DNA of 42,271 nucleotides from a virus (Duplodnaviria; Heunggongvirae; Uroviricota; Caudoviricetes): IMG/VR virus record IMGVR_UViG_2718218308_000003, positions 1 to 42,271 of that record; one strand, 5' to 3'. Shown piece by piece: positions 38,102 to 42,271 of this stretch (position 1 is its first letter; each line of letters starts with the position of its first letter). The notes under the pieces were generated by a model. It saw only the letters and a program-made list of their open reading frames with translations, ran no database searches and was not told where the DNA came from. The position numbers and the translations under genes were made by a program.

Positions 38102-38228
38102 TTTCATTACTGCAAATGCCCCTGCGGGGGCATTTATGGAAACGTAATTTACTCAATTATCGCCGGATGGTGAGGGATTCTTTTTACCAGAATTCAGCGC
38201 GGTGCAGCGCATATACGTGGAGAACAAA

Positions 38229-38765
38229 ATGTCATTTATTAAAACTTTTTCCGGGAAGCATTTTTATTATGACAGGATAAATAAAGACGACATCGATATT
38301 AACGATATCGCGGTTTCCCTTTCAAATATCTGTCGCTTTGCCGGTCATCTTTCGCACTTCTACAGCGTCGCCCAACATGCGGTTCTTTGCAGCCAGCTGG
38401 TGCCGCAGGAATTTGCTTTTGAAGCGTTAATGCATGATGCAACAGAAGCGTATTGCCAGGACATTCCCGCACCACTGAAACGCCTTCTTCCTGACTATAA
38501 ACAAATGGAAGAAAAAATAGACGCCGTAATCCGTGAGAAATACGGGTTACCCCCAGTTATGAGTACGCCCGTGAAATATGCCGATCTCATCATGCTGGCA
38601 ACCGAACGCCGCGATCTCGGGCTTGATGATGGCTCTTTCTGGCCTGTACTGGAAGGTATCCCGGCAACAGAGATGTTCAACGTGATTCCACTGGCACCGG
38701 GCCATGCCTACGGGATGTTTATGGAACGCTTTAACGAGTTATCGGAGTTACGCAAATGCGCATGA
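38229..38765 (+). CDS. HD-domain phosphohydrolase, YfdR-like (5'-deoxynucleotidase family)
   Basis: H...HD metal-binding motif (LMHDATEAY) and further conserved His/Asp residues; 178 aa from MSFIKT. Confidence 0.65.
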   Translation: MSFIKTFSGKHFYYDRINKDDIDINDIAVSLSNICRFAGHLSHFYSVAQHAVLCSQLVPQEFAFEALMHDATEAYCQDIPAPLKRLLPDYKQMEEKIDAVIREKYGLPPVMSTPVKYADLIMLATERRDLGLDDGSFWPVLEGIPATEMFNVIPLAPGHAYGMFMERFNELSELRKCA

Positions 38766-39118
38766 ATGTTTTCGAAATGGAAGGGTTTCTTCGTGGGAGA
38801 TGTGTACCGCGAGATCTGAAAGTAAATGAAACAGATGCTGAATACCTGGTGCGTAAATTCGATGCGCTTGAAGCTAAATGTGCAGCACAGGAAAACAAAG
38901 TAATACCAGTGTCAACTGAACTGCCACCAGCAAATGAAAGTGTTTTGTTATTCGATGCTAACGGAGAAGGCTGGCTAATTGGCTGGCGTTCTCTCTGGTA
39001 CACCTGGGGACAAAAAGAAACCGGAGAATGGCAGTGGACATTTCAGGTCGGGGACCTTGAAAACGTCAATATCACTCACTGGGCAGTAATGCCAAAAGCA
39101 CCGGAGGCTGGAGCATAA
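38756..39118 (+). CDS. YfdS-like protein (120 aa)
   Basis: Positional and size match in the yfdPQRST-like block; start overlaps the upstream gene. Confidence 0.45.
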   Translation: MRMNVFEMEGFLRGRCVPRDLKVNETDAEYLVRKFDALEAKCAAQENKVIPVSTELPPANESVLLFDANGEGWLIGWRSLWYTWGQKETGEWQWTFQVGDLENVNITHWAVMPKAPEAGA

Positions 39119-39423
39119 TGACCACTTTTACCGACAAAGAACTGATTAAAGAAATTAAAGAGCGTATCAACAGCCTTGACGTGCGAGACGATATTGAGCG
39201 CCGTGCTTATGAAATCGCACTCCTATCTCTGGAAGTAGAACCAGATGAACGCGAAGCTTATGAATTATTCATGGAAAAGCGTTTCGGTGACTTAGTAGAT
39301 CGTCGGAGAGCAAAAAACGGCGATAACGAATACATGGCATGGGATATGACTCTCGGTTGGATCGTCTGGCAGCAACGAGCTGATATCCATTTTTCAACAA
39401 TGTCACAGCAAGAGGTGAAATAA
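39118..39423 (+). CDS. YfdT-like protein (101 aa)
   Basis: Positional and size match; ATGA-type overlap with the upstream stop. Confidence 0.45.
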   Translation: MTTFTDKELIKEIKERINSLDVRDDIERRAYEIALLSLEVEPDEREAYELFMEKRFGDLVDRRRAKNGDNEYMAWDMTLGWIVWQQRADIHFSTMSQQEVK

Positions 39424-39773
39424 TGGAGCCATACAGCCTCACACTCGATGAGGCCTGTCATTTTCTCAAGATATCCAGACCGACTGCCATTAACTGGATA
39501 CGCACAGGGCGTCTTCAGGCAACACGCAAAGATCCCACTAAGAATAAATCTCCTTACCTCACAACACGACAAGCCTGCATTGCGGCTCTTCAGTCTCCGC
39601 TGCATACTGTCCAGGTGAGCGCGGGTGATGGCATAACAGAGGAAAGAAAATGTCACTCTTCCGCAGAGGTGAAATATGGTACGCCAGTTTCACATTGCCG
39701 AACGGTAAAAGATTTAAACAGTCTCTTGGAACAAAGGACAAAAGGCAGGCGACAGAACTCCATGACAAGCTAA
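39423..39773 (+). CDS. xis: Excisionase (P22 Xis-type), overlapping the int start
   Basis: 116-aa protein with an N-terminal HTH ([28 protein letters not shown]); overlaps int by about 120 bp in another frame, as in P22. Confidence 0.65.
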   Translation: MEPYSLTLDEACHFLKISRPTAINWIRTGRLQATRKDPTKNKSPYLTTRQACIAALQSPLHTVQVSAGDGITEERKCHSSAEVKYGTPVSHCRTVKDLNSLLEQRTKGRRQNSMTS

Positions 39774-40813
39774 AGGCTGAAGCATGGCGGGTCAGCAAAC
39801 TTGGTGAAATACCTGATATAACGTTCGAGGAAGCGTGTGTCAGGTGGCTTGAAGAGAAAGCACATAAAAAATCACTGGACGATGACAAAAGCCGGATCGG
39901 ATTCTGGCTTCAACATTTCGCAGGAATGCAACTAAGAGACATTACTGAATCAAAAATTTATTCAGCAATGCAGAAAATGACGAACCGGCGTCATGAGGAA
40001 AACTGGAGACTCAGGGCAGAAGCATGCAGAAAAAAAGGGAAACCTGTTCCAGAATACACGCCAAAACCAGCGTCCGTTGCAACGAAGGCTACGCATCTTT
40101 CATTTATAAAGGCCCTACTAAGAGCCGCAGAGCGTGAATGGAAAATGCTGGATAAGGCACCAATTATTAAAGTGCCTCAACCAAAGAATAAACGGATCCG
40201 CTGGCTGGAGCCCCATGAAGCACAAAGGCTGATTGATGAATGTCCGGAGCCATTAAAGTCTGTTGTTGAATTTGCACTGGCAACAGGTTTAAGACGCTCG
40301 AACATCATCAACCTTGAATGGCAACAAATAGATATGCAGCGCCGGGTGGCATGGATAAACCCGGAAGAGAGTAAATCAAACCGCGCAATTGGCGTTGCGC
40401 TGAATGATACTGCATGTCGCGTATTGAAAAAACAAATCGGGAATCATCACCGTTGGGTATTTGTGTACAAGGAAAGCTGTACCAAACCAGACGGAACGAA
40501 AGCGCCAACAGTAAGGAAGATGCGGTATGACGCAAACACAGCCTGGAAAGCGGCGCGGAGACGGGCTGGTATTGATGATTTCAGATTTCACGACTTGAGA
40601 CACACCTGGGCAAGTTGGCTGGTTCAAGCCGGAGTCCCGTTGTCAGTGTTACAGGAAATGGGAGGCTGGGAGTCTATCGAAATGGTTCGTCGATATGCTC
40701 ACCTTGCACCTAATCACCTTACCGAACACGCACGGCAAATAGACTCGATCCTGAACCCATCGGTCCCAAATTTGTCCCAGTCAAAAAATAAGGAAGGTAC
40801 TAATGATGTGTAA
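39650..40813 (+). CDS. int: Tyrosine integrase, P22-type (thrW-specific)
   Basis: 387-aa protein, [56 protein letters not shown]..., with the C-terminal catalytic [15 protein letters not shown]...RYAHL. Its stop lies 14 bp from thrW. Confidence 0.9.
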   Translation: MSLFRRGEIWYASFTLPNGKRFKQSLGTKDKRQATELHDKLKAEAWRVSKLGEIPDITFEEACVRWLEEKAHKKSLDDDKSRIGFWLQHFAGMQLRDITESKIYSAMQKMTNRRHEENWRLRAEACRKKGKPVPEYTPKPASVATKATHLSFIKALLRAAEREWKMLDKAPIIKVPQPKNKRIRWLEPHEAQRLIDECPEPLKSVVEFALATGLRRSNIINLEWQQIDMQRRVAWINPEESKSNRAIGVALNDTACRVLKKQIGNHHRWVFVYKESCTKPDGTKAPTVRKMRYDANTAWKAARRRAGIDDFRFHDLRHTWASWLVQAGVPLSVLQEMGGWESIEMVRRYAHLAPNHLTEHARQIDSILNPSVPNLSQSKNKEGTNDV

Positions 40814-40827
40814 CTTATTGATTTAAA

Positions 40828-40873
40828 TGGTGCCGATAATAGGAGTCGAACCTACGACCTTCGCATTACGAAT
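40828..40873 (-). repeat. Prophage attachment-site repeat (int-proximal) within the 3' half of thrW
   Basis: 46 bp identical to 3758-3803. Confidence 0.8.
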
Positions 40874-40903
40874 GCGCTGCTCTACCAACTGAGCTATATC
40901 GGC
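40828..40903 (-). tRNA. thrW: tRNA-Thr (anticodon CGU)
   Basis: The reverse complement reads GCCGATATAGCTCAGTTGGTAGAGCAGCGCATTCGTAATGCGAAGGTCGTAGGTTCGACTCCTATTATCGGCACCA: cloverleaf-compatible, CGT anticodon in a 7-nt loop, 3' CCA encoded. Confidence 0.9.
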
Positions 40904-41017
40904 CCTGAAAGGACATGTTCACGAACGTGAATCACGGTGGACAAGGTTAAAACTAACCGGGCGATGCGTCAATGGCCTTGTGAATCAAATGGCTACTTTT
41001 GCATCACCCGGTTTTAT

Positions 41018-42271
41018 TTACGCACGAATGGTGTAATCACCAATGCCGATCCACTTGTAAGTGGTCAGTGCTTCCAGCCCCATTGGGCCACGCGCGTGGA
41101 GTTTTTGTGTGCTTACCGCCACTTCCGCACCCAGACCAAACTGGCCGCCGTCGGTAAAACGCGTAGAGGCGTTAACGTAAACAGCGGACGAATCCACTTC
41201 GTTAACAAAACGCTGGGCGTTGCGCATATCGCGGGTCAGGATCGCATCGGAGTGTTGTGTGCCGTGTTCACGAATATGGGCGATGGCATCGTCAAGATCG
41301 CTGACGATTTTGACGTTCAAATCTAATGACAGAAACTCATCGTCATACTCTTCGGCTTTAACAGCAACCACCTTCGCAGGGCCTGCCTGCAACTGCGCCA
41401 GTGCAGCTGCATCTGCGTGTAATGTCACGCCGCTTTCCGCCATTTGTTTGCTTAATGCGGGCAGGAAGCTATCGGCGATGTTTTTATTCACCAGCAACGT
41501 TTCAACCGTATTACATGTGCTCGGACGCTGAGTTTTCGCGTTGACGATCACTTTTAATGCTTCAGCGATCTCTACACTTTCATCAACGTAAATATGGCAT
41601 ACGCCTATACCACCTGTGATCACCGGGATTGTCGACTGTTCACGGCACAGTTTATGCAAACCAGCGCCACCACGCGGGATCAGCATGTCGATGTATTTAT
41701 CCATACGCAGCATTTCACTGACCAGCGCACGGTCAGGATTATCAATCGCCTGCACGGCACCCGCCGGTAAGCCGCAGGATTTCAGGGCGTCCTGAATCAC
41801 CGCCACCGTTGCAGCGTTAGTGCGACACGTTTCTTTGCCACCGCGCAGGATCACCGCATTACCGGTTTTCAGGCACAGCGAAGCGACATCAACCGTCACG
41901 TTCGGGCGCGCTTCATAAATCACGCCAATAACCCCCAGCGGTACGCGACGACGCTCAAGACGCAGGCCGCTGTCCAGTACGCCGCCATCGATTACCTGCC
42001 CCACCGGATCGGCGAGGTTGCACACCTGACGTACATCGTCGGCAATGCCTTTCAGCCGTGCGGGCGTCAGTGCCAGACGGTCAAGCATCGCTTCGCTAAG
42101 GCCATTGGCTCGCGCGTCAGCAACATCCTGGGCGTTAGCGTTGAGGATGATTTCGCTTTGTGCTTCCAGTTCATCGGCGATTTTTTCCAGCACGCGATTT
42201 TTTTCGCGGCTGGAGAGTTGCGCTAATTTATACGAGGCTTGCTTCGCGGCAATGCCCATTTGTTCCAGCAT
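41018..42271 (-). CDS. proA: Gamma-glutamyl phosphate reductase (proline biosynthesis)
   Basis: Full-length 417-aa translation ([66 protein letters not shown]...) matches ProA. The start codon is the last three bases of the window. Confidence 0.95.

Larger units (their letters stand above)
3758..40873. mobile_element. Mosaic temperate prophage integrated into thrW (P22-type int/xis, lambda-type lysis, HK97-like head, Mu-like contractile tail), about 37 kb
   Basis: Bounded by a 46-bp perfect direct repeat (3758-3803 and 40828-40873) identical to the 3' end of thrW. Contains a complete set of phage modules in lambdoid order. Confidence 0.85.

Overview
This window is an Escherichia/Shigella-type chromosomal segment in which two integrative elements sit in tandem at the tRNA-Thr(CGU) gene thrW, next to proA. 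All calls rest on reading the ORF translations and the DNA by eye and on recalled family knowledge; no database search was run. Layout: (1) 1-908, the end of an IS903-like insertion sequence, cut by the window start. (2) 1047-3590, the integrase end of a P4/CP4-type island: alpA regulator, an unrecognised 267-aa protein, a P4-type integrase, and a palindromic repeat array upstream of alpA. (3) 3758-40873, a roughly 37-kb mosaic temperate prophage bounded by a 46-bp direct repeat that is the 3' end of thrW. It carries a P22-type int/xis, a yfdPQRST-like early module, a cI/cro immunity region, an iteron-containing replication gene, a nin-like region (Dam-type methyltransferase, RusA, KilA-N, DUF968), antiterminator Q, lambda-type lysis genes (S, R, Rz/Rz1) with bor, HNH endonuclease plus terminase, an HK97-like head module, a Mu-like contractile tail and baseplate module, tail fibres, and a cargo region with an IS630-family transposase and an O-antigen-type acyltransferase. 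(4) 40828-42271, the intact thrW and a complete proA. The best candidate for an undescribed system is an AT-rich two-gene cassette (27896-28895) inserted antisense between Q and the lysis genes; its products, a small soluble protein and a 246-aa protein with C-terminal transmembrane helices, match nothing I recognise. Other items worth a second look are the 267-aa protein in the island, a canonical -1 frameshift site in the tail chaperone, an 18-bp inverted repeat in a long untranslated leader, and the yfdPQRST-like HD-hydrolase module.
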